Of a stretch of DNA of 64,000 nt, positions 38,056 through 48,317 are shown piece after piece. The notes beneath the pieces are model-generated. The model did no database searches and had not been told where the DNA came from. It saw only the letters and a list, made by a program, of their open reading frames with translations. Every line of letters begins with the position of its first letter. Position 1 is the first letter of the stretch. Made by a program: the position numbers and the translations under genes. The DNA comes from an uncultured Candidatus Saccharibacteria bacterium (lineage in GTDB: Bacteria; Patescibacteriota; Saccharimonadia; Saccharimonadales; Saccharimonadaceae), in contig CAZRRY010000001.1 of NCBI GenBank assembly GCA_964602775.1, positions 75,585 through 139,584 on the forward strand. The letters run 5' to 3'.

Positions 38056-38085
38056 AGTGTAGCAAAGCATGAGTGGTTTGTGCAA
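38056..38085 (-). promoter_or_regulatory. Extended -10 promoter upstream of the leader/deaminase
   Basis: TTGCAC, 18 bp, TACACT with TG at the extended -10 position. Confidence 0.6.
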
Positions 38086-38125
38086 GCAGTTGTCACCAAA
38101 ACCCCTCACTGCGGGTGACGAACCA

Positions 38126-38863
38126 TTACGAATACGCAAATGCGCGCAATCGATCGAGATCGACACTGTAGCGCATATCGCGAAACACCAGCTCTACCTC
38201 AAAATCATGCCGGCTGCTATGCCAGACATTGATATGAAATGACTCAGTGTAGTCAATCGACCCACCGATACTATCGAGAAACTCAGCCGGCTTACTCGGC
38301 GCAAAATCATTCAGAAAGTAATACAAAAAACCCATAATCACCGGCTCATGCGTGCCGTTCACTGCCTGGACTTTGTGCTGTATGTCCGTCATATTTGCAA
38401 ACCGTACCTGGATACCGATCATCTTGGCAACATGCTGCGCCATTTGTCTGGCGCCATAGCCGTATTCGGGGTCAGGATTGTCAACACTGAGAAACTCTAT
38501 CATCCGGCGACGGATGTTTTCTTCGGTCAACTCAATATCATCCCAGTGCGCAAAGTATTCACCTTTTTTGGCAGGGTCGATCAGATAGTGCAAATCTGGC
38601 ACGACATAGTCAACGATGTGTTCACCCAGCTCATACGAGCCTTGCTCTTCCATGCTCAAATGCAGGTTTGCGGCCATCGTACGCACCGTGTCCTTGACCC
38701 GCCCTACCCCGCTGTGAAACAGCAGCAAGTCACTACCGGTTAGATGAGTCGTCGCGAGCCCAGCTCGCCGTGCTTGGTCAAATCCTGTGTCTGTGAGCGC
38801 GCCCTCCTCACTTTTTTCGCCGTGGCGCATAAATGTAATCTGTGCGGTCTGCTGTTGTGTCAT
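38126..38863 (-). CDS. Histidine phosphatase superfamily protein
   Basis: FMRHGE, LTDTG..QA, HS..R...T, GTHE. Confidence 0.75.
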   Translation of the reverse strand: MTQQQTAQITFMRHGEKSEEGALTDTGFDQARRAGLATTHLTGSDLLLFHSGVGRVKDTVRTMAANLHLSMEEQGSYELGEHIVDYVVPDLHYLIDPAKKGEYFAHWDDIELTEENIRRRMIEFLSVDNPDPEYGYGARQMAQHVAKMIGIQVRFANMTDIQHKVQAVNGTHEPVIMGFLYYFLNDFAPSKPAEFLDSIGGSIDYTESFHINVWHSSRHDFEVELVFRDMRYSVDLDRLRAFAYS

Positions 38864-38941
38864 ATCTCCAGTATACTCGCCTCATCTGCACAAAAAATAC
38901 TCAACCCGAAAGTTGAGTATTTTGTTGGCAACCCGTATGAC

Positions 38942-39538
38942 TTATTCAGTGACGCCAAGTTCAATACGCTTGAATTGGCTGACGCGAATATTCTCGCCAC
39001 TTTTTGCAATCTGCTCTTTCATGTGGTCAGCGACAGTTTTGCTGTCATCGAGGATGTATGTCTGCTCAGTGAGCACCTGCTCTGCAAAGTGCTTTTTCAG
39101 CTGACCCTCGACGATTTGCTCGCGCATGTTCTCTGGCTTGCTCTTGAGCGAATCGCTCTCTAGCAGTTCCTGCTTTTTGGCCTCGAGTACATCAGCTGGA
39201 ATATCTTCCATCGTGACGTAGACCGGGCTCATCGCTGCGATCTGCATCGCGATTTGGTGAGCAAATTCCTTAAATTCAGGAAGACGCGCCACAAAATCAG
39301 TCTCACAGTTCACTTCGACAACCACGCCGATACGGTTGCTATGGACATAGCTTTCGATCAAACCTTCTCGCGTCTCGCGGTCGCCTTTCTTCTCAGCCTT
39401 TGTCAGGCCTTTTTTGCGCATCGCTTCGAGTGCTTTGTCAAAGTCTCCTTCGGCCTCTACCAGCGCAGTCTTGGCATCGGTCAGACCAACACCGGTTAGT
39501 TCTTTTAGTTTTTTGATATCTTCGATTGAAATAGCCAT
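38942..39538 (-). CDS. tsf: Elongation factor Ts (short form)
   Basis: IKKLKELTGVG, EVNCETDFVA. Confidence 0.97.
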   Translation of the reverse strand: MAISIEDIKKLKELTGVGLTDAKTALVEAEGDFDKALEAMRKKGLTKAEKKGDRETREGLIESYVHSNRIGVVVEVNCETDFVARLPEFKEFAHQIAMQIAAMSPVYVTMEDIPADVLEAKKQELLESDSLKSKPENMREQIVEGQLKKHFAEQVLTEQTYILDDSKTVADHMKEQIAKSGENIRVSQFKRIELGVTE

Positions 39539-39559
39539 AAATCTTCTCCAAAATTTATG

Positions 39560-39686
39560 CAGTTTTCAGTTTTCAGTTTTCAATTGTCAGTGAGTTTTCA
39601 AGTAACAGTTTTCAATGAAATCGTGTATGTGATTCGTTTGTAAACTGTAAACTGATCATTCATTGTAACTTGTAAACTGTAAACTG
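39560..39686. repeat. Heptamer-periodic imperfect inverted repeat between rpsB and tsf
   Basis: mRNA strand: (CAGTTTA)n ... (T/CTGAAAA)n; pairs with an A-A mismatch at every 7th position. Confidence 0.85.
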
Positions 39687-39697
39687 TTATCCTGCGC

Positions 39698-40390
39698 TTA
39701 CTCTTTACTCTTACCCTCTCCCACTGCGGCGACAAAGTAGTCGATCATCAGTTGGAGGCCTTTGATTGCATCATCATTGCCTGGGATTGCATAGTCAACC
39801 AGACTTGGGTTGGCGTTGGTGTCGACAAGACCAACGACGGGGACATTCAGATTCTTGGCTTCGCGAATCGCGTTTGCATCGACAATCGTGTCAAATACGA
39901 TCACGAGTCCGGGCTTGCCATTGAGGTCTTTGATCCCGGCATATTTCGTATTGAGGCTATCGATCTCTTCCTGAAACCGCTGGACTTCCAGCTTGTTGTA
40001 GCGCTTCTCTAGGTCACCATTTGCCATGCGCTTTTCGAGATCTTTGAGCTTCTTGATCTGAGTGCTGGTTGTTGCAACATTCGTCAGCATCCCGCCAATC
40101 CATCGCTCGGTCACGTACGGCTGGCCAGCTTTTTCGGCTGCAGCTTTGACAATGTCTTTAGCTTGCTTTTTGGTGCCAACAAACAACACTTGTTTGCCGC
40201 TTGCAGCTACTTTTGTGACGACCGGCAGCGCTTTTTGCAGCGCTTCGACAGTCTTTGTGAGATCAATCACATGCGCATCTTGACGCTTGCTGTGAATGTA
40301 TGGTGCCATCTTTGGATGCCACCTGCTTGTGTTGTGTCCAAAATGAACACCGGCTTCATACAAAGCCTTGATATCAACCTCTACGGCCAT
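39698..40390 (-). CDS. rpsB: 30S ribosomal protein S2
   Basis: AGVHFGH, WHPKM, LFVGTKKQA, RWIGGMLTN, PGNDD. Confidence 0.98.
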   Translation of the reverse strand: MAVEVDIKALYEAGVHFGHNTSRWHPKMAPYIHSKRQDAHVIDLTKTVEALQKALPVVTKVAASGKQVLFVGTKKQAKDIVKAAAEKAGQPYVTERWIGGMLTNVATTSTQIKKLKDLEKRMANGDLEKRYNKLEVQRFQEEIDSLNTKYAGIKDLNGKPGLVIVFDTIVDANAIREAKNLNVPVVGLVDTNANPSLVDYAIPGNDDAIKGLQLMIDYFVAAVGEGKSKE

Positions 40391-40513
40391 GATATCCTTC
40401 TCCCTTCGCGCGCACCCCTGTACCAGGATATCCGTGCGCGTTGCTTTATTATTGTTGATTACAGATAGTCATTATACCAGAATCTCCTACAAGTTCAATA
40501 ACACGCTCTGTGA

Positions 40514-41791
40514 CTACCTTAGAATGCCTGCACTGGGAACGAGATGCTGTCGCTGCCTGCTTAGGAGATAGTCTACGTACCCCGTGCTTAATTGTCGACC
40601 ATTGCTTGGTAGCACTTCGAGTTTCGCAAGGAGATTTAGTGCCGTCTGTGTTCGTGGTGAAGTAAAGTTGCGCACACGATGCGGATCAAGCGTAACTCCC
40701 CCGCTCAGCACTTCCATCATGTATTCAGCACTATTTTCTGCAAGTGACTGCTCGCCATACTCACTGATACTTGAGGGCGTGTCCCAAAATGCTGATTTCA
40801 TACCGTCAACCGCCTGCTCCGACCATGATCGGTTTACGCTTGCGTCGGTCACCCAAATAGATGAGTGTTCTAGCCCGTGCCCAAGCTCGTGGAAGAGAAC
40901 TTTTGCCGGTGCCTTGGTATCGACGCTGATGTAGATTTTTTCCGTCTTCATGATGCCTTGTGGGTTATTGTTTGAAGAATTGGCAATGCCATCTGTATTT
41001 TTATACCCCCTTTGGTCAAGCGTCTTTTGATCTGTAAATATAAGACTGCGATACCCAGCAAGTCTAGATATGCTGGTCGGCACAACATCATACCCATCGA
41101 CGATGCCGAGCGCTGTACGACGCAAATTATCGACTGATATTGCATTATTGCCGCCGCTCAACTGTATCGATATGCCATATTTTACACCGTACGGCTTCAT
41201 CGCAGCCAGCATCGCCTCAGCTGTTGCCGCGTCACGTAATTGCTGTTTGACAGTTTCCTTTGTGGCACTATCGACAAATTGGTCGGCGTGTAGTCGGTAA
41301 AATTCAGCAGCACGCGCGTCAATAGCGGCATCATTATGCTCATAGATATCCTGCATTGTCTGTGCTACTGCCCGAGATCCGTTTGGATTCGCATGGTTTG
41401 TTGCTTCCGCAACGTAGCGCGAGACGCTGAAATCTCTCCCGAGATATTCATCTACACTTCCTCCCGGCCGCGTGACATATTTTCCCGCACCAAGCACAGT
41501 AGTCATCGCCAATATGCCTGCCCCGAAGCGAATAGCGAGTCTTTTACAATGCTGCCTCTTGTCCGCTCGCTCTTCTAAGTCACGAATGGTCTTCGCTTCT
41601 TGATCTGCTTTTGCTCGAGCTACCTCATGCTCCGTGTGCTCCGCCCAGTAGGCCTTCCATGCTGGCGAATCAGGACCACCTCGTAACTCCTCTGGTGTCG
41701 GCTTGCGAAAATCACGCCCCATCACCGCTCCCGTTTGAGGGTCGAGCCCTGCGCCCGTGTGATGATCTCGCCAGTTTTTGTTATCTGTCAT
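40514..41791 (-). CDS. Membrane-anchored zincin-like metallopeptidase (hypothetical)
   Basis: One TM; LFHELGH (HExxH) followed by SEYG...AENSAEY. Confidence 0.6.
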   Translation of the reverse strand: MTDNKNWRDHHTGAGLDPQTGAVMGRDFRKPTPEELRGGPDSPAWKAYWAEHTEHEVARAKADQEAKTIRDLEERADKRQHCKRLAIRFGAGILAMTTVLGAGKYVTRPGGSVDEYLGRDFSVSRYVAEATNHANPNGSRAVAQTMQDIYEHNDAAIDARAAEFYRLHADQFVDSATKETVKQQLRDAATAEAMLAAMKPYGVKYGISIQLSGGNNAISVDNLRRTALGIVDGYDVVPTSISRLAGYRSLIFTDQKTLDQRGYKNTDGIANSSNNNPQGIMKTEKIYISVDTKAPAKVLFHELGHGLEHSSIWVTDASVNRSWSEQAVDGMKSAFWDTPSSISEYGEQSLAENSAEYMMEVLSGGVTLDPHRVRNFTSPRTQTALNLLAKLEVLPSNGRQLSTGYVDYLLSRQRQHLVPSAGILR

Positions 41792-41881
41792 GTTTGTTCA
41801 CTGTGTTAGATAGTGACTCTTACTATACTGCGCAAACCTCCCTTTGACAACCTCCCCTCCATCTGTTACACTCGGAAGGTT

Positions 41882-42202
41882 ATGAAAAGCAGTATTCACC
41901 CACAAACCTACCGCCTGGTCGTATTTAGCGACGAACAAGCAGGCTTTAGCTTTCTGACCAAATCGACCGCTCAGAGTGATGAGACGATCAAATGGGAAGA
42001 CGGCAACGAGTACCCTCTCGTAAAAGTACATATTTCATCAAAGTCTCACCCGTTCTTTACTGGTGAAGAAAAGATTATCGACACCGAAGGTCGTGTCGAT
42101 CGCTTCGCAGCCAAGATGAAGGCCGCACAGGAGCGCCGCGAGGCTCTAGCCGCCAAAGCCAAAAAAGCCAACGCCAAAAAAGCTGCAAAAACAGCCATCT
42201 AA
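41882..42202 (+). CDS. rpmE: 50S ribosomal protein L31 type B (no Zn ligands)
   Basis: [27 protein letters not shown]; no CxxC. Confidence 0.95.
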   Translation: MKSSIHPQTYRLVVFSDEQAGFSFLTKSTAQSDETIKWEDGNEYPLVKVHISSKSHPFFTGEEKIIDTEGRVDRFAAKMKAAQERREALAAKAKKANAKKAAKTAI

Positions 42203-42210
42203 CAACTTTC

Positions 42211-42240
42211 AAAAGAGACTACTACCTTGCAGTCTCTTTT
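42211..42240 (+). terminator. Terminator/attenuator hairpin after rpmE
   Basis: AAAAGAGACT...AGTCTCTTTT. Confidence 0.7.
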
Positions 42241-42265
42241 GTATGCAATAATAACTAAAGACATC

Positions 42266-43339
<1,074 letters not shown>

Positions 43340-43392
43340 AAGAGCTCCTGCAGCATAACTTGCAGAAGCTCTCAGCAATTCTAGCAGCTACG

Positions 43393-43704
43393 TTAGGTAG
43401 TCCAGTTACGACTTGCTGCCTTACGCTTCCGGCGCTCAGCGCGTCTTGTCACAATCAAGCCTCGCGCGATCTCATTGTCTAGCTCTCTTTCTGTCCTCGT
43501 TGTCCCTCGAGCACTAGTAACCAAAACCTCGCCCAAATAATCACGGGGAACGTCTGGTTGTGATGCTAGTACAATTCTTTCGCCAATCTTTGCATCTCTG
43601 CGAGTAATTTTTTCTTGAAGAGCAGCTTCTTTAGCTGTGAGCCCGTCACTATCAAGATTACGATAAACGAAAGGTTTGCCGTCTCGATATACTGTCTGTT
43701 TCAT
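43393..43704 (-). CDS. Small hypothetical protein inserted antisense between prfA and prmC
   Basis: 103-aa ORF, AT-rich, own upstream TATGC-TACATT. Confidence 0.5.
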   Translation of the reverse strand: MKQTVYRDGKPFVYRNLDSDGLTAKEAALQEKITRRDAKIGERIVLASQPDVPRDYLGEVLVTSARGTTRTERELDNEIARGLIVTRRAERRKRKAASRNWTT

Positions 43705-43767
43705 TATTGCTGTATTCCTTTTTATTTGTTTTTGATTAGTATTGTATGATGTACAATGTAGCATAGA

Positions 43768-44604
43768 ATGATAAAAAAGTCAAGCCCTACCCTCATCCGC
43801 ATCTGGCTGCGAGATGCAGCGGAGATGCTCGCACAGGCCGGTATCCCGAGTGCACTGCTCGACGCGGAGATTATATTGGCGCATACCCTACGAAAGAGTC
43901 GCACCTGGCTGCATGCTCATGGCGACGACGGTATTTCGGCTCGTGAAAAAGATATCGCAAATGCACGGCTTGACTTACGGCTTGACCGCACACCAATCGC
44001 CTATATCATTGGCCACAAAGAGTTCTACGGGCGGCTTTTTAAAGTATCACCAAGCGTACTGATCCCCCGACCAGAATCAGAAACGATGATCGAGCTCCTA
44101 GGGCCACTCTGCGATGGTTCACGACAAGTACTGATCGATGTTGGAACTGGCAGCGGATGTTTGGGTATCACCGCCAAACTCGAGCACCCAGAACTTGATG
44201 TCATACTGACTGACATTAGCCGCCATGCGCTAGTAGTCGCTCAAAAAAATGCCGAAAGTTTGCGGGCTGATGTAGAGATTATTACCAACGACCTTCTCGC
44301 ACCCCACCCTGCTCTGCCGACTCATGCCGACATTGTGGTCGCTAATCTCCCCTATGTTGACCGCGATTGGGACCGCTCACCAGAGACGCGTCATGAACCA
44401 AGTGTCGCGCTGTTTGCAGCAAAAAACGGTCTCGCACTCATCGAGCGACTCCTCCAGCAGACAGCAAGCTATCTATCACCAGCTGGACACTTGCTGCTCG
44501 AAGCCGACCCAGAACAGCACGCGCGTATCATCGAAAAAGCAGGGTTATTTGGCTATGAACACCGCGCAACTGACGGCTACTGTGTCGTGCTGCGCTACCA
44601 CTAG
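43768..44604 (+). CDS. prmC: Release factor glutamine methyltransferase
   Basis: PIAYIIG.KEFYG, VLIPRPESE, DVGTGSG, NLPY. Confidence 0.95.
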   Translation: MIKKSSPTLIRIWLRDAAEMLAQAGIPSALLDAEIILAHTLRKSRTWLHAHGDDGISAREKDIANARLDLRLDRTPIAYIIGHKEFYGRLFKVSPSVLIPRPESETMIELLGPLCDGSRQVLIDVGTGSGCLGITAKLEHPELDVILTDISRHALVVAQKNAESLRADVEIITNDLLAPHPALPTHADIVVANLPYVDRDWDRSPETRHEPSVALFAAKNGLALIERLLQQTASYLSPAGHLLLEADPEQHARIIEKAGLFGYEHRATDGYCVVLRYH

Positions 44605-45758
44605 TCACTCATAAACACACCGAGTGTCACTTTGAGAGTCACCGTACGACCGTCACGCACGATCGTCAGTTCCACTGTATCACCTGGGGCATACTCACCG
44701 ATTAGACTCGAAACGCCGCCTTGCTGACCGACCGTCAGGCCATTGATTTTGGTGATGATATCCTTGTTTTTGACGCCTGCTTTTTCTGCTGGACCACCTG
44801 CGATGATGCTCGAGCTGCCTCGCTCGTCTTCAACCACATAGGCGCCTTGTGTCGCACTGAGGTTGTATTGTTTGGCGACTGCAGGCGTCAATGTCACATA
44901 GCGTAGCCCGAGGTAGGCGCGCTGCACGCCCTTGCCAGCCAAGACAAGTTTGAGTGTTCCTTTTGTCGCATTGATTGGAATCGCAAAGCCAATCCCTTGT
45001 GCATTGGCGGCCACCGCAGTATTCATGCCGATGACTTGCCCGCTAGTGTTGAGTAGCGGCCCTCCAGAATTACCAGGATTAATTGCAGCATCTGTCTGCA
45101 ACAAGTCAGTGAGCGACTCAGCGCCATTGCCATACTCATCGGCCGCAGAGACTGGACGACCTTTCCCAGAGATAATTCCGCTCGTAACGGTGTTTTGATA
45201 CTGACCTAGCGAGTTTCCGATTGCGATGACGTGCTGGCCGATGTGGACTGTCGAAGAGTCGCCGAGCGTGGCCGGTGTCAGCTCTTTTGCGCCGTTGATT
45301 TTGAGATATGCGACATCGTTGAGCGGATCTGCACCAACTACTGTTACGTTATCGTATGTTGTGCCGTCGGCGATCACTACAGTCACTTTGCTGGCACTAG
45401 CCACCACATGGCGATTTGTGAGAACATAGCCGTCTTTGCTGACAATGATCCCTGTGCCTGCCGCCTGCTGTGTGGCAGCGCCAAAGATTGTCTGCGTTGT
45501 GACGTTTGTCAGGATAGAAACCACGCTGGGAGAAACTTTTTCGGCGACAGTCGCAATTACATCTTCTTGGGTAGTTGTTGCGAGATTGCCATCATGCGCT
45601 AGTGGCGTACGTGCCGTGATCGCAGCACGGTTGGTCGTAAAAAAGCCGTATACCATAAACGACACGATGCCGATTGTAATACCGATACCCAACACGAAAA
45701 ATCCTATCAGCCAGAAACGAAGTTTGGCCATCATACCAATTTTTTTGTTCTCTTTCAT
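44601..45758 (-). CDS. htrA: HtrA/DegP-like serine protease with PDZ
   Basis: TNRHVV, DVA, TDAAINPGNSGGPL, C-terminal PDZ. Confidence 0.92.
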   Translation of the reverse strand: MKENKKIGMMAKLRFWLIGFFVLGIGITIGIVSFMVYGFFTTNRAAITARTPLAHDGNLATTTQEDVIATVAEKVSPSVVSILTNVTTQTIFGAATQQAAGTGIIVSKDGYVLTNRHVVASASKVTVVIADGTTYDNVTVVGADPLNDVAYLKINGAKELTPATLGDSSTVHIGQHVIAIGNSLGQYQNTVTSGIISGKGRPVSAADEYGNGAESLTDLLQTDAAINPGNSGGPLLNTSGQVIGMNTAVAANAQGIGFAIPINATKGTLKLVLAGKGVQRAYLGLRYVTLTPAVAKQYNLSATQGAYVVEDERGSSSIIAGGPAEKAGVKNKDIITKINGLTVGQQGGVSSLIGEYAPGDTVELTIVRDGRTVTLKVTLGVFMSD

Positions 45759-45772
45759 ACTCTCCCCTTTCC

Positions 45773-46552
45773 CTACAGCGCACTTGTGCCGTTAATAAGC
45801 GCCAGCACATAGAGTGTCACCAAAATTCCTATCGTGAGCAGCACAGCAGGCAAAATATCTTGCCGTCTAACTATCGAATGCTTGTGATAGCTTGCATATG
45901 CACGCTCAGCCGTAAAACAAAACAGCGTCGCGACCAGGGCCAGTTGTGAAATCTGCAACGTGCTAAAACCAGGCAAACTATACGCTACCATCCAGTGAAA
46001 CCCGATCCAACCATACTCGGCAAACAGCGCACCCCCCACCAAACTATAGATAGTGGTCAGCGGCTCGTCATAACTCCCTAGTACATGACGCACCGACACA
46101 TAGCCGATCAGCCACATACACATCACAAAAAACGCAACATCCCAGCCAAATGACAACATACAGAGCGCCGTAATACCTGCAAACACTGCCGTCCCCGCCT
46201 GCAATGCAACCATACTGCGTCGTGAGCGAGGCTTGACAAAGAGAAGCCAGACGATATAGAGCACGGTAATTGCAATCTGTAGCCACAGCACACCACTGGC
46301 GTCATAGAGCAACACCACTGTACTGACGCCGACAATGATATCAATCATGTTAGCAATCAAGTTTGCAAACCAGAACCGTGGCCTGACGGCTAGCGCTCGC
46401 CATTTGCTGAGCAGCATCACGCCTATCGCGAGCCAGGGAGACTGCCCAACCAGAACGATCACAAGCAACGCAGCAGCTAACCCGACATTCAGGGTAATAT
46501 AGGCGGCTTCGCTCACCTTCGATCGACGCTTATGTGCTTTGAGAAAATCCAT
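45773..46552 (-). CDS. Conserved hypothetical polytopic membrane protein
   Basis: About 8 hydrophobic segments; SKWR..AVRPRFW pattern seen in Saccharibacteria (recalled). Confidence 0.75.
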   Translation of the reverse strand: MDFLKAHKRRSKVSEAAYITLNVGLAAALLVIVLVGQSPWLAIGVMLLSKWRALAVRPRFWFANLIANMIDIIVGVSTVVLLYDASGVLWLQIAITVLYIVWLLFVKPRSRRSMVALQAGTAVFAGITALCMLSFGWDVAFFVMCMWLIGYVSVRHVLGSYDEPLTTIYSLVGGALFAEYGWIGFHWMVAYSLPGFSTLQISQLALVATLFCFTAERAYASYHKHSIVRRQDILPAVLLTIGILVTLYVLALINGTSAL

Positions 46553-46571
46553 AGTGTTACAATTATACCAT

Positions 46572-48221
46572 CTACTGAGTAGCTGAGTCGGCTTGCCCGA
46601 CTACAATCACAAACTCAACATCATCTGCAACAGAAAACTGATCGAGTCCGATTGTCGGCTTGCCGTACAGTGCAACGAGTTTTGCGCGAGTAGCTGGAGA
46701 CGAGGACTCGTCACGGGCATAAAACGATCGTCGTTCGTAGGTCCCTGCTGGAGCATTGGCGACACTATCGATGGTATAGCCCTCATCTGACAGCTTATCA
46801 GCCGCAATTTTTGCAGCACCCACGACGCCCGAGCCATTCAGTACCGCTATCTTTGCACCTTCTCTTGTGGCTGCGTCGGCGCTCATCTGTTTTTTGATAT
46901 ACTGGGTCACATCCGAATAATCCATAAGTCCAGCTATCGGACGCACGATACTGATGCCGTCAAGATTGCCCGTCGTCATCACTGGCTCTTTCTCGTCAAT
47001 CAAACTAATCGATGTGATCGCTGATGCCTGCACGCTATTGCCTAGCGACATAAGGGTGCGTATTTCGCTGGTTTCAAAGTTTGTATTAAGGTTGTTGCCG
47101 AGCGCATCGATAAGACTCGCGACTTTTGATGGGTTGGCGAGTGTACCGGCGCTCAATGATTTTTGGCGTAGCGCGAGAAGTACTTTTTGTTGGTTTTTCT
47201 CTCTATCGAAGTTGCCGTTTGGCAACCCGTAACCGCCCTGCGCATTGCGTGCTCGCATAAAAGCCAACGCATGCTCGCCGTCCATATGTGCTAGCTCATT
47301 TTGCTTGTATTTCACGTAGTAGCACTGGTAGTTACACTTCCAGTCAAAGTTACGGTCGAGAATGCCATTTGGATCAGGTGTCTCGACTTTCACATCCACT
47401 CCTCCGACCGCATCGACAGCTTGTCGTACAACGGTATAGTTGACGTGCGCGCGGTACTGAATCGCGAGACCGGTCACTTCACCAACCTTTTTGGCAAGCG
47501 CCAGCTCGCCTGCCGGTTGGTCTTCCCCGTTATTAGAGAAACAGCCAAACAATTCATTGATCTTGCCTTTGTAGCCTTGATTGCAGGCCGTACCGAAATC
47601 AACCCAAAGATCCCTCGGTATGCTCACCATAAACGCGTCTTTTTTTGTCTGATCGACACTCAGCACCATGATCGAGTCAGTCAAAAATGCACCCGGATGT
47701 TCTCCGCCTTCGTCATCTTCCGATGTGCCGAAGATCAAAATATTTGTTCGGCCTGCTGTGTCTTGGGCGAGTTTTTTCTGCTGGACTAGGCCGAAGATGT
47801 CACCTTTGAATATAGAGTTACTCGCCAGCACAGCACGAAGCCCCACCCACCCTGTGATGCCTGCACCGACAAGCAGCAAGAGGATGACAGAGAACAAAAT
47901 AATTCGCTTACGGCGTTTGCCGCTACCGTGTTTGCGACTGGCGACTTGTGCTTCAGACTGTTGTTCATCGATATCACGGAGCGATTCGTCGATATCGCTA
48001 CGACTCACCCCACTTTCGTGTCGAGACAGTCCATGCTCAGACACTGTCACGCCGCGTTTCCCCGCGGTATGCTCACTGTCACCACTTGGCGCCCCCTGAC
48101 GCTTGATACCATACGGCGAAACGGTAGTGGGGGCTGGCTGGCTATCATGAAGCCGGCCACCAACCATGCCAGTTGATCGCCTCGGTACAAAGCCGTCGAC
48201 CTGAGATTTTTTTGCCATCAC
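46572..48221 (-). CDS. LCP (LytR-CpsA-Psr) family protein with LytR_C domain
   Basis: TDSIMV, SIPRDLWV, AFMRAR, DFDREKNQQ, VLNGSG. Confidence 0.92.
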   Translation of the reverse strand: MMAKKSQVDGFVPRRSTGMVGGRLHDSQPAPTTVSPYGIKRQGAPSGDSEHTAGKRGVTVSEHGLSRHESGVSRSDIDESLRDIDEQQSEAQVASRKHGSGKRRKRIILFSVILLLLVGAGITGWVGLRAVLASNSIFKGDIFGLVQQKKLAQDTAGRTNILIFGTSEDDEGGEHPGAFLTDSIMVLSVDQTKKDAFMVSIPRDLWVDFGTACNQGYKGKINELFGCFSNNGEDQPAGELALAKKVGEVTGLAIQYRAHVNYTVVRQAVDAVGGVDVKVETPDPNGILDRNFDWKCNYQCYYVKYKQNELAHMDGEHALAFMRARNAQGGYGLPNGNFDREKNQQKVLLALRQKSLSAGTLANPSKVASLIDALGNNLNTNFETSEIRTLMSLGNSVQASAITSISLIDEKEPVMTTGNLDGISIVRPIAGLMDYSDVTQYIKKQMSADAATREGAKIAVLNGSGVVGAAKIAADKLSDEGYTIDSVANAPAGTYERRSFYARDESSSPATRAKLVALYGKPTIGLDQFSVADDVEFVIVVGQADSATQ

Positions 48222-48317
48222 TTCCTCTTACTATAGCGAAAAAACCTCGTCTTGAAAACGCCAAAACTGCTCTCGCTTTATTGGAAATTTGTTTCGACCT
48301 CCTGTATAGTGTGGTGA

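Noticed and set aside
39560-39686. CRISPR array interpretation of the repeat tracts
   Set aside because: Units are 7 nt, contiguous and have no unique spacers; no cas genes
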